Source: a virus. Taken from it: a DNA stretch of 64,000 nucleotides. Where the stretch lies: IMG/VR virus record IMGVR_UViG_3300045988_131144, positions 1 to 64,000 of that record; one strand, 5' to 3'. The position numbers and the translations under genes are program-made. Each line of letters opens with the position of its first letter. The stretch's first letter is position 1. Of this stretch, positions 45,381-53,304 are shown one piece after another. The notes beneath the pieces were generated by a model. That model was not told the origin of the DNA. It saw only the letters and a list, made by a program, of their open reading frames with translations, and did no database searches.

Positions 45381-45420
45381 AAAGCCCCCAGAGCGTCCAA
45401 GCGGCGTTCTGAGGGCTTTG
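45381..45420. terminator. bidirectional terminator between the endolysin and the second recombinase
   Basis: AAAGCCCCCAGAGCG / CGTTCTGAGGGCTTT arms. Confidence 0.6.
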
Positions 45421-45443
45421 CCATATTTAATTCATCGCCGCAA

Positions 45444-46400
45444 TCAAACGGCTACCGTAGGGCTTGTGACGGCGTTTTCAAGCACATTGCCGATACTGGC
45501 TGCGAGTTTGGCGGGATGGAGACGCTGGGCGTATATCGCCGTTACCTTGGTGTCAGCGTGGCCGAGTACGCCGCTTATATCGTCGACCGCAACACCAGCT
45601 TCAAGCGCGGCGGATGCAAAGCCGTGACGCAGAGCATGAGAGCGGCAGGCGCTTTCTTCACCTATCACGGACTTGGTATACCCATTTATTAGTTCGGAGA
45701 GCTGGGTACGCTCCAAGGGCTTCCACTCCCCTGTTTTGCGGCTGACGCAACCAAACAGCGGCGCATTGTCATCGGCAGAGTCCGGACGTATACCGGAGGC
45801 GAGGTAGTTTTTCACAGCAGTCTGAGCCGCGGCAGAGAACGGAACCATGCGGGGCTTATCGCCCTTGGTGACGCGGAGCATTATGCAGCCATTCGCCCAA
45901 TCGAGGTCAGCCGGGGTAAGAGAACGAAGCTCGGAGTTGCGCGCGCCAGAGAGAAGCATAAGCGTGACCTCCGCCTGTTCCCTTGCCCATGTGGCCATCT
46001 TCTTGCCGTATATGGGGCGTTCGGCGGAAATAAGGGAATGTATCTGCTCAACGCTCAGAACGTGCTCATACGGCTTCTTCTTGGCTCTGGTGACCTTTCC
46101 CTTGGGCGGCATGGCATCGTCGAACACAAACGCCTCGGTATAGCCGTATCTGGCCGCGAACTCGGAGATCTGACGGAGCTGCCCCATGTAGAGACTTGCT
46201 GTGGTGATAGCGTCGTGGGCGATGTCCGAACGGAACTTCATTACCGCGGTGGCGGTCACGTCCGCAAAACCGTGGCGCGCCATGCTCTCGCGGAAGAGTC
46301 GGAACGTCCGGGAATAACCGGTGACTGTCTGCGCCGACAACTCGTTATTGCGCATATTCTCTATATATGCCGCACATGCGGCGTCGTATTTCTCAAACAT
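45444..46400 (-). CDS. second tyrosine recombinase (XerC/D-phage integrase family)
   Basis: SAM-like N-domain. ARNSELRSL, HALRHGFASAALEAG, LGHADTKVTAIYAQ. Confidence 0.85.
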   Translation of the reverse strand: MFEKYDAACAAYIENMRNNELSAQTVTGYSRTFRLFRESMARHGFADVTATAVMKFRSDIAHDAITTASLYMGQLRQISEFAARYGYTEAFVFDDAMPPKGKVTRAKKKPYEHVLSVEQIHSLISAERPIYGKKMATWAREQAEVTLMLLSGARNSELRSLTPADLDWANGCIMLRVTKGDKPRMVPFSAAAQTAVKNYLASGIRPDSADDNAPLFGCVSRKTGEWKPLERTQLSELINGYTKSVIGEESACRSHALRHGFASAALEAGVAVDDISGVLGHADTKVTAIYAQRLHPAKLAASIGNVLENAVTSPTVAV

Positions 46401-46587
46401 GGGGCGGTTCTCCTTCTTTCAAATCAACTTCCAACTTCCGAATCCCGCGCCTTGCAGCTTCCATCTGCGTGACATTTTCCTGCCTACAGTAGCGTTCAAG
46501 AATATCTTTCGTCCTTGCATCCATTTTCACGGCAATACGGAAGGGCTTCGGGTTATCGGTCGGTCGGCCTCTTTTCTTCTCGGCCAA
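46393..46587 (-). CDS. small DNA-binding protein (RHH/Xis-like, tentative) co-transcribed with the recombinase
   Basis: 64 aa, KPFRIAVKMDARTKDILERYCRQENVTQMEAARRGI. TTG start behind GGAGGGAG. Overlaps the recombinase start. Confidence 0.5.
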   Translation of the reverse strand: MAEKKRGRPTDNPKPFRIAVKMDARTKDILERYCRQENVTQMEAARRGIRKLEVDLKEGEPPHV

Positions 46588-46616
46588 TTTTCTCCCTCCT
46601 TTTTTAGGTCACCCTT

Positions 46617-46645
46617 ATTATAATTTAAGGTTACCCAAATGTCAA
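46617..46645 (-). promoter_or_regulatory. consensus promoter with overlapping imperfect inverted repeat (GGTAACCTT...AAGGGTGACC)
   Basis: Minus strand TTGACA, 17 nt, TATAAT. Confidence 0.65.
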
Positions 46646-46666
46646 TACCTGTTACGTAATATTTTT

Positions 46667-46691
46667 ACGCCCCGTTTTTACGGGGCGTTTG
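46667..46691. terminator. terminator hairpin
   Basis: ACGCCCCGT tttt ACGGGGCGT, perfect 9-bp stem plus TTT. Confidence 0.65.
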
Positions 46692-46698
46692 AGCCTAA

Positions 46699-47529
46699 TC
46701 AAAGGAATCTTCCTTTAAGTTCTGCATTGTAAGCGTCCATAGCATCGCAGAATTTTACTGTCCACAGTTCTACCGATAGTTCATCAACGTTGACATTATA
46801 GGTGGCTTCCATCTTCAAATCGTCGTGCATTACTTCTGCCCCGAAAAGATTGCTCGTACTAAAAGTAATAGTCACATTGCAGTAGTAAACCTCCCTGTCG
46901 GCCAGTTCCTTTCTCGACAAAGAATCCGACGTTATCGAATAACGATGGTACGACTGCGGGCTCATAATGTATTTGTCTTTCAGCGTCTCCTCAACATCGA
47001 ACATTGACGAAAAAGCAGCATAATACATTAAGCACGTCTGTTTTTGCTCACGTGTCATGAGAGGGCTGTACTCAACAATCTCGGCGTATATGTCGTCCAA
47101 GTCAGAAGAGTCTACCGTACTTCGCGTAGAAATACTCTCCACAACCGCCGCCGCTTTCAGTGTTCCCACTTGTTCAACAGCTTCCAAGAGCATGTCAGTA
47201 TTCGCGATACGATTCCGCACATCATCTGTGGTACTTTCATACTGCGCGTAAACATCCATGATAATGTCATATTCGTCAGCGGTATAGTCAGTACACGCAG
47301 CAACTATCGACGCATCAAGCGTGCTTGCCTCCTTTGCCAGCTTTATTCTCGGCACAAACACGATTGCAAATGCTGCGATCAGGAGCACAACGGCTCCTCC
47401 AATGATGCACCAAGTTTTCACTTTCTTTTTCGGTTTGCTCGCATCTCTGTTCAGTTCGTCCAGCACGTTGTCAGGTTGAAGCTTAGTGTCTACCCCCGCT
47501 TCGCGATTGTCTGCAGAACATTCTTTCAT
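46699..47529 (-). CDS. membrane-anchored protein of unknown function (moron-like)
   Basis: TM helix WCIIGGAVVLLIAAFAIVFVP after a ~35-aa N-terminus. Flanked by terminators on both sides. Confidence 0.6.
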   Translation of the reverse strand: MKECSADNREAGVDTKLQPDNVLDELNRDASKPKKKVKTWCIIGGAVVLLIAAFAIVFVPRIKLAKEASTLDASIVAACTDYTADEYDIIMDVYAQYESTTDDVRNRIANTDMLLEAVEQVGTLKAAAVVESISTRSTVDSSDLDDIYAEIVEYSPLMTREQKQTCLMYYAAFSSMFDVEETLKDKYIMSPQSYHRYSITSDSLSRKELADREVYYCNVTITFSTSNLFGAEVMHDDLKMEATYNVNVDELSVELWTVKFCDAMDAYNAELKGRFL

Positions 47530-47603
47530 CTCATTTACCTCTCATATTTATTTTCGGTTAGGATATTTATAGTGTATCATAGGAACTTAGATAGTTCAAC
47601 AAG

Positions 47604-47633
47604 AAAAGCTCCACATTGAACCGTGGAGCTTTT
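47604..47633. terminator. bidirectional terminator
   Basis: AAAAGCTCCAC / GTGGAGCTTTT. Confidence 0.7.
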
Positions 47634-47637
47634 GTAG

Positions 47638-47949
47638 TTATTTGTGTGTCGTCGCATCCTCCGCGCATTTGCGGAGGAATGAGTAAGCATCGGGAGCGAC
47701 AAGCGTGTTTGCGTACAGTTCCTCGTCAGGATCGTCCGCAAGGCGCACTGAAACATCATAGGTGCCAAGGAAGCAGAGGCCGGTCTGCCGCTCTGCGGCC
47801 TCCCTAAGCGCCGCAGAAACAGATTCTGCAAATATGGTAGAATCCCGGCAACTATAACGTCCTGCCTCATAAGAAAGAGGTAATGCGCTGACACACTTAA
47901 GTGCCACAATGTACCTGTTTTTAACCGTCTGCGTTTTTAAGTTCTCCAT
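47638..47949 (-). CDS. hypothetical protein
   Basis: ORF 47638..48138 trimmed to the Met behind GAGGGAGGA. The longer frame overlaps the SSB-like gene. Confidence 0.4.
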   Translation of the reverse strand: MENLKTQTVKNRYIVALKCVSALPLSYEAGRYSCRDSTIFAESVSAALREAAERQTGLCFLGTYDVSVRLADDPDEELYANTLVAPDAYSFLRKCAEDATTHK

Positions 47950-48352
47950 GCTCGATAAGTCCTCCCTCGTCAAATCCTTCATAATAAAATTCCTCGCTGC
48001 CCGCTTCGCCTTTCTTCGGAACCTCAACAAGCGGATCGCGCAGATGGTCGAAGCGCACTCTCGTGACTGTGGGGCGTGTCTGCGTAACTTTCCGCCCGTC
48101 GAAATTGTAAGAAACCGACTTGAGCTGATACTCCACAATGACAGTCTGCCCCTTTTTGAGATACTGCGTGACGACCTCGCTCATGCGCCCGTAGGCCACG
48201 AATGAGGGGAAATCGTAGGTAGATTTACCGTGAGGGCGAAAGTCGCGCTCACAGGCAAGAGTGAACTGCGCATAGGGCTTGCCGTCCACCGTGCCGTATT
48301 TCTGGATAGGGTCGCCGGTGAGATAGCCCATTATGCGTCCATCGTTCAGCAT
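47921..48352 (-). CDS. SSB-like OB-fold protein (second copy, non-canonical C-terminus)
   Basis: MLNDGRIMGYLTGDPIQKYGTVDGKPYAQFTLACERDF parallels the SSB N-terminus. The tail is EEFYYEGFDEGG... rather than D-D-(I/L)-P-F. Confidence 0.6.
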   Translation of the reverse strand: MLNDGRIMGYLTGDPIQKYGTVDGKPYAQFTLACERDFRPHGKSTYDFPSFVAYGRMSEVVTQYLKKGQTVIVEYQLKSVSYNFDGRKVTQTRPTVTRVRFDHLRDPLVEVPKKGEAGSEEFYYEGFDEGGLIEHGELKNADG

Positions 48353-48639
48353 ACCTCCACCACCAGTTTCAGTTTATTCTCATAATAGACGGCGCACTCG
48401 CGGCTTGCACCGCCGCCGAAGATGCTGACGGGTATCATCCTGCCGTCGATATTGCCGAAGCTGAAAGCGCAGCCCTGCGCGCCCTCAGTAAAGGCGACAG
48501 GCTCTTTGAATTCCATGTCCTTGATATTGGGCACGAGCGAAAGCGACGTGGTGTCGATGCGCATAGACTGCGGCGCTATCTTGATGGCCGTACCGTTATT
48601 GAAACGGATGTGATGTTCGGATATCTTTTCGATTTTCAT
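48346..48639 (-). CDS. hypothetical protein
   Basis: Coupled ORF. Confidence 0.45.
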   Translation of the reverse strand: MKIEKISEHHIRFNNGTAIKIAPQSMRIDTTSLSLVPNIKDMEFKEPVAFTEGAQGCAFSFGNIDGRMIPVSIFGGGASRECAVYYENKLKLVVEVC

Positions 48640-48944
48640 TACTTATCTGCTCCCCTTTCTCTTCTGTCTCTATACGGTTTACACAGCGTGTACTTCCAGC
48701 CGTGCGGTACTTTTTCGAGTTTGCACCAGCCGTCGTAGAAATACCTCATATCGCCGAAGTATTTACCGCCGGGTGCGATGTTATTATACCATGTGTCGTA
48801 GTCCGGGTAAATGCCGGAATTGATATTTGCACGACAGTATTCAAGAACCTTTTCGGGATCCCGCTCCTGCGTGTAAATTTTCACTATCTTATAGTGATCG
48901 CCGCCGTACTCGCGCTGACCGGCGAATAGTTTCTTGTGGTACAT
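48639..48944 (-). CDS. hypothetical protein (Tyr/Trp-rich)
   Basis: Coupled ORF. Confidence 0.45.
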   Translation of the reverse strand: MYHKKLFAGQREYGGDHYKIVKIYTQERDPEKVLEYCRANINSGIYPDYDTWYNNIAPGGKYFGDMRYFYDGWCKLEKVPHGWKYTLCKPYRDRRERGADK

Positions 48945-48960
48945 TCTTGTATTCTTCCTC

Positions 48961-49236
48961 CTATCTGAATTTTACAGTCACGTCGTATTCCTGCTTGAGC
49001 GCGTTCTTGACGTCCGCGAATGAAATGTCTCCGGAATTGAGCTGGGCGCAGTAGAAATCCACCTCTTTGGCAAGGCGCTCTATCTCATCATCAGGAAAAC
49101 CGTGCTTGTCCTTGAGGATGAAGAGCATCATGGTAGAAATGAAATTCGCGCCCTCTGCGTGGCCGAGAGCAAGCGCACGGTCAACGTCCTGCTGAGTGCG
49201 CGGAATACTGCGGGGAGATTTCTTTCTTGACATCAT
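48961..49236 (-). CDS. hypothetical protein
   Basis: Coupled ORF. Confidence 0.45.
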   Translation of the reverse strand: MMSRKKSPRSIPRTQQDVDRALALGHAEGANFISTMMLFILKDKHGFPDDEIERLAKEVDFYCAQLNSGDISFADVKNALKQEYDVTVKFR

Positions 49237-49478
49237 TCCCTCCTATCCTCAGTCGTGAATGTTATCTTGCTGCCATTGGGGAACTCGAAATTGAGCCTGC
49301 ATCCGAAGAAGTCCGCCGCACCGATAAGATCGGACACGGAGAAACTGTCCTTCTGAAACTTATTACTCAAGGCTTGTGGGGAAATACTCAAGGCTTCGGC
49401 CAGCTCTCTATGCGTCGTGCCAGTGAGCGCAAGCAAAGCCTTGACCTTTGTACCGATCAAATCTGCATCACTCCTCAA
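49233..49478 (-). CDS. XRE-family HTH regulator
   Basis: TGTTHRELAEALSISPQALSNKF. The true start may be the TTG at 49460, behind GAGGAG. Confidence 0.6.
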   Translation of the reverse strand: MRSDADLIGTKVKALLALTGTTHRELAEALSISPQALSNKFQKDSFSVSDLIGAADFFGCRLNFEFPNGSKITFTTEDRRE

Positions 49479-49534
49479 ATTAAATCAAATGAAATTGCGC
49501 ATTAAAGAAACGGCAAAGTGGATTAAAGCGTTTA

Positions 49535-49810
49535 TCATTTTCGCGAGGTCACGAAAATGGTCGTCTCATCGGCCTTTTTCGAGCGGTCTGCACAGTCAGC
49601 CCAGAACGTGGCGGCGGATTGCGGAGTGACAAATGCAACAGGCGTTCGGTGCTTCAAACTGCCGCAGATCACGCCGAAGAGCGTCTTTGCGATGCCTCGC
49701 GTTGGGAAGGTCATGGAGGTTATATGCGCCTCTGCGCCGCACCGAGGGCAGCGGCAGAGAGATACGCCCTCCGGCGTCGGGATGGTCTCAGGGGCGGGTC
49801 TATTCCTCAT
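49535..49810 (-). CDS. zinc-ribbon protein, distantly Lar-like
   Basis: CRCPRCGAEAHI ... AATFWADCADR. Confidence 0.4.
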   Translation of the reverse strand: MRNRPAPETIPTPEGVSLCRCPRCGAEAHITSMTFPTRGIAKTLFGVICGSLKHRTPVAFVTPQSAATFWADCADRSKKADETTIFVTSRK

Positions 49811-50270
49811 GGCCGCCTCCTTTTTTCTCCCAATGGCTGCCATTATCGCAGTCGATGCAGGGCTCCACATTGTCTAAGTCGAAATCGTACTTACACGTAC
49901 CACAGCGAAATCCTGTATGAGGGAGTTGCAACTGCTCAAAATAGAACACTATCGGCTTTTCCATCTCTATGACGTTTCTGTAGGCAATGCCGACCTTGTA
50001 GATGTAATTCTCTCGGAGCTTCTTCGGAATCTCCTGTATGTATCGTCTGAAAGTCTCTAAGGTATTTGCGCGCTTGTAGTGGTTACACATCCTGCAGGAC
50101 GGCATGAGGTTTGATATATCGTCGGTTCCCTCGCCCTCCGCGTTGTATGCACGCCGAGGGCGCAAGTGGTCGACCTGCATATCCTTGTAGGCGATTGCCC
50201 TGCCGCAGTATGCACAGTGCCCGTTGTATTTGTGATATACGGTCTCACGGGTTTTTTTACTTATTGCCAT
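49800..50270 (-). CDS. HNH endonuclease
   Basis: CAYCGRAI...VDHLRPRR...NLMPSCRMCNHYK. Confidence 0.8.
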   Translation of the reverse strand: MAISKKTRETVYHKYNGHCAYCGRAIAYKDMQVDHLRPRRAYNAEGEGTDDISNLMPSCRMCNHYKRANTLETFRRYIQEIPKKLRENYIYKVGIAYRNVIEMEKPIVFYFEQLQLPHTGFRCGTCKYDFDLDNVEPCIDCDNGSHWEKKGGGHEE

Positions 50271-50521
50271 TACAGCACCTCCACCGGTTCTTTAAGCCAC
50301 TCCAGACGACACTCGGCGCACGTCGGTTTAAGGCAGGCTTCGCCTTTAAGAACCGGACAAATTATGGCGAATTCCGCCAGCTCTTCATCAGACATATTTC
50401 TGATCTTGTCCGCGCGAGTGAATACCACGTCTGGGCACTCCCGCCTTCTTGCGTCTTGGCAAGCTTTCCCGCCGTAGTTCAGCAGGCAGCCAGACACACG
50501 GCATCTATCACAAAGTTTCAT
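50270..50521 (-). CDS. hypothetical Cys-rich protein
   Basis: CDRC...CLKPTCAECRLEW. Confidence 0.45.
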   Translation of the reverse strand: MKLCDRCRVSGCLLNYGGKACQDARRRECPDVVFTRADKIRNMSDEELAEFAIICPVLKGEACLKPTCAECRLEWLKEPVEVL

Positions 50522-50716
50522 TCAAAGTCCCCTCTCCCAAATTTCCCGGTAGATTCGGAAATATTCTCGAAGTGGTGAGGGAAACAATCTCCTCTCCATC
50601 TCCGACATGAGTAATTGCTCCGCTTGGCGTTTGGAGATACGATTTTTCTCCTTCGGCGGGAGCCTGCCCTCTTTAGCCGCAATCGCAACTGGGTTTGTTT
50701 TATGCTGACCCATCAT
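50522..50716 (-). CDS. hypothetical protein
   Basis: ORF 50522..50746 trimmed. Confidence 0.4.
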   Translation of the reverse strand: MMGQHKTNPVAIAAKEGRLPPKEKNRISKRQAEQLLMSEMERRLFPSPLREYFRIYREIWERGL

Positions 50717-50891
50717 CTGCCCTCCTGTTCCATGCTTCAACTGCATCAGCTCTTGACCTTTTTTCTTTGGTGCAATAACTACACCTTGGGCAAGAAACGC
50801 GATATGTAATTTGATCGCCCTGAAAATGGCCGTATGGTATCAACCTGCCGCGGGTATAGCCGCATTTTTTGCAAGGTTTCAACTCATTCAT
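50700..50891 (-). CDS. Lar-family-like zinc-ribbon protein
   Basis: MNELKPCKKCG...CPRCSYC...AVEAWNRR. Confidence 0.65.
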   Translation of the reverse strand: MNELKPCKKCGYTRGRLIPYGHFQGDQITYRVSCPRCSYCTKEKRSRADAVEAWNRRADDGSA

Positions 50892-51081
50892 TGTCAAATC
50901 TCCTATTCCAGCCCTCTGCGGCGTCTGCAAGCGACACCGCATCAAGCAGTATTGGTTCCATTATGTAGCAGTGCCAGCCGTCCTCAGACTTTGCGTGACG
51001 GATTTTGAAGGCGTGGTCAAAGGAACCATAGCTCAACGTCACGGGCTTTCCGCAGAACGGACAAGGTTTAAGTTTGTTCAT
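50884..51081 (-). CDS. Lar-family-like zinc-ribbon protein
   Basis: MNKLKPCPFCG...AAEGWNRR. Confidence 0.6.
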   Translation of the reverse strand: MNKLKPCPFCGKPVTLSYGSFDHAFKIRHAKSEDGWHCYIMEPILLDAVSLADAAEGWNRRFDNE

Positions 51082-51502
51082 TGGCTTCGACATCCTTTCT
51101 CGGTCTGAGTTTCCAGCAAAGGAAATAACTTTCTCTTGTCATATAAAGTTCGTACTTTTTCAGCATCTCATATAGTCCATCAATGCAGTACCAGTTGTCC
51201 GCATTGCACACATGCTCCTCCCGATCCCAATTCTCACAACCGGGACAAACAAAGTGAGAACAGACCTCGTGACATGCTGCCTGAAACGCTTCATCCGTCA
51301 TCCCATCATCTGGGTCAACATATTCCCAAAGTTCACTGACAAGAAAGTCGCACTTTTCATGGGAAAACCAGTCATAAATACACCCCTCACATTTAAGCAC
51401 GTCATATCTGTACTTTCCTCCCGGCTCTATATACTCGTTACAATAAGAACACGTATGACGCTTCCGGGCTTTTCTCCACTGTGTTTTCAATATGTCAGGC
51501 AT
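51068..51502 (-). CDS. hypothetical Cys-rich protein
   Basis: CSYCNEYI...CEGC...CPGCENW. Trimmed from 51640. Confidence 0.45.
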   Translation of the reverse strand: MPDILKTQWRKARKRHTCSYCNEYIEPGGKYRYDVLKCEGCIYDWFSHEKCDFLVSELWEYVDPDDGMTDEAFQAACHEVCSHFVCPGCENWDREEHVCNADNWYCIDGLYEMLKKYELYMTRESYFLCWKLRPRKDVEANEQT

Positions 51503-51959
51503 TGCTGTCACCTCCGTCCATTCTCGCGCCGCAGTTGGGGCAGTAATGTCCAAGCGTAAATTCGGAAAACACGGTTCTGCAAGCGGAACACCTTTTGTTT
51601 TCGTACTCTGGTATCGGAATCCATCGTCCATGCGCCACATCCTCGAACTGTTTGAGGTGTTCGCGCAGTTCCGCGCATACCCATGCCGCCTGATAGAGAA
51701 GCGCTAAAACGCCCTCTATGCTGTCGGTTCCATCGACCAGCCACTCTGCCATAGTAAACGAAATATCGCTATCAGACATAGTTTCTGGAAATGCGGCGTA
51801 TTTCGTATGTCTACGCACAATCTTTCGTATCAAATCAAACAGGGTTATGTCCGCACCGTTCTCTCCGTATCCACGCACCCACGTTTCCTTGTCTTTGACG
51901 TAGAACAGATTTAGTGCCGTTTGGGTATTGTTTTTCGGGGTATCAGTTGTAAGCCTCAT
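51495..51959 (-). CDS. hypothetical protein with C-terminal zinc ribbon (CPNCGARMDGGDSNA)
   Basis: RCSACRTV...YCPNCGARM. Paralogous tail to 52204..52557. Confidence 0.5.
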   Translation of the reverse strand: MRLTTDTPKNNTQTALNLFYVKDKETWVRGYGENGADITLFDLIRKIVRRHTKYAAFPETMSDSDISFTMAEWLVDGTDSIEGVLALLYQAAWVCAELREHLKQFEDVAHGRWIPIPEYENKRCSACRTVFSEFTLGHYCPNCGARMDGGDSNA

Positions 51960-52220
51960 TTAGTTCTCCTTTCTCACTCCACCGCTGCAAAAGAAATCGT
52001 CCTCCACAGGGATGCAACCGTAGAACGCGCCCATCGGCTCCGAGCAGAATCTCTTTCCGAACTCTGTAAGTCCGCTCCTCTTACAGTCTTTGCAACGCAC
52101 CACTGTTACAGCGTAGCCTTTCAGCCGCTCTAACGCTCTTTCGCAGGTAGGGCACAAATCTTGCGGCGTGACAGACCCGAACCACGCTCCGCACGCTTTA
52201 CAATCAGGCATTGTCATCAC
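51960..52220 (-). CDS. hypothetical Cys-rich protein
   Basis: CKACG...CPTCE...CKDCK. Confidence 0.45.
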   Translation of the reverse strand: MMTMPDCKACGAWFGSVTPQDLCPTCERALERLKGYAVTVVRCKDCKRSGLTEFGKRFCSEPMGAFYGCIPVEDDFFCSGGVRKEN

Positions 52221-52557
52221 CTACGCCCATTCTCGCACCACACATTGGACAAAAAGGCGTTTCTTCCCACGGTTCGGTCTCGTAATCATACTCGACTTCG
52301 TCCGGTTCCTCCCATCCACAACGGGTACACCGTCCATCCAGCCAGCGCGCAGGTGCCACTTGTACATATCCCTTCTGAATCGCCATGCGCTTAAACTCGC
52401 TCTCAGTAGGTTCGTGAATCACCTCGACCTCGGCAGCGGGAATATTATCCAGCACGCACATTGCGTCGTCCTTTATCAAGAATCGCGGATCATGCAAATT
52501 TGTTGCCCACTCACACAACCCGCGCTTTGCATCCTCTCGCTTGATGCAGTCAGACAT
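52204..52557 (-). CDS. hypothetical protein with C-terminal zinc ribbon (CPMCGARMGVGDDNA)
   Basis: RCTRCGW...FCPMCGARM. Confidence 0.5.
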   Translation of the reverse strand: MSDCIKREDAKRGLCEWATNLHDPRFLIKDDAMCVLDNIPAAEVEVIHEPTESEFKRMAIQKGYVQVAPARWLDGRCTRCGWEEPDEVEYDYETEPWEETPFCPMCGARMGVGDDNA

Positions 52558-52936
52558 TTTTCAAAACCTCCATATCATATCCGCTTCGGATAAACTCAAG
52601 TGTTTTCTGGTGGTGAACAGCGTTACCAAGCCGTTGATAGATAATCGCCATATCCTCTGGGGTGAACGACGTTCCGAGGAACGAATTGATACCCTGTCGG
52701 TGGTATTCATGTACCTCTCTGTTTCTTTTTTCGGTGTGATAGTGCATGCTCTTGTATGCGTCTCGTGACAGCCACTCTAACACCTTGGCTTTCATAGCTT
52801 CCTCCGACGCACAGTTATCAAGCCGGAAGTAGGAGTTTACGCGCGGATTGCGGTCAGCTACAAACTCCAACTGGACGTTTATCAGGGAATTAGGGAAAGC
52901 CCTTAACAGTCTTTGCACAACAGATAGGTCAATCAT
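52550..52936 (-). CDS. hypothetical protein
   Basis: Coupled ORF. Confidence 0.45.
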   Translation of the reverse strand: MIDLSVVQRLLRAFPNSLINVQLEFVADRNPRVNSYFRLDNCASEEAMKAKVLEWLSRDAYKSMHYHTEKRNREVHEYHRQGINSFLGTSFTPEDMAIIYQRLGNAVHHQKTLEFIRSGYDMEVLKNV

Positions 52937-53304
52937 TTAGATGCTCCCTCCTTGTTAACCAACCAGTCACAGCGCGTAACTATATACCAGCAAGAGCCGT
53001 AGTCCTCTATGCGATCGCCGGTTCGCGTAAGACCATTGTCGTGCGCGACAGCAAGTATCGCTTGAAGCAGCGCCGCTTTCCGGTCGAAGTAATCTTTTGC
53101 CGCTGTGGGTATATTCCACGTTGGCAGGAAAATCACATACGGGATATCGCTCCAAAACGAACTGAGATCATATTCGACATCTTTGATATCCGGCAATGCC
53201 ATCAGCTCCGCATGAAGTTTTTCCATCTGCTCCCCTATGCCAAAGGCTTTCATCGTCTTTATATCACGTTCACAGAATCCCACTGTTGTCAGCTCCTTCC
53301 TCAT
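52933..53304 (-). CDS. hypothetical protein
   Basis: Coupled ORF. Confidence 0.45.
   Translation of the reverse strand: MRKELTTVGFCERDIKTMKAFGIGEQMEKLHAELMALPDIKDVEYDLSSFWSDIPYVIFLPTWNIPTAAKDYFDRKAALLQAILAVAHDNGLTRTGDRIEDYGSCWYIVTRCDWLVNKEGASK

Noticed and set aside
45373-45627. 84-aa plus-strand ORF after the endolysin
   Set aside because: It starts inside a terminator hairpin, has no SD, and overlaps the 3' end of the well-supported recombinase gene on the other strand.
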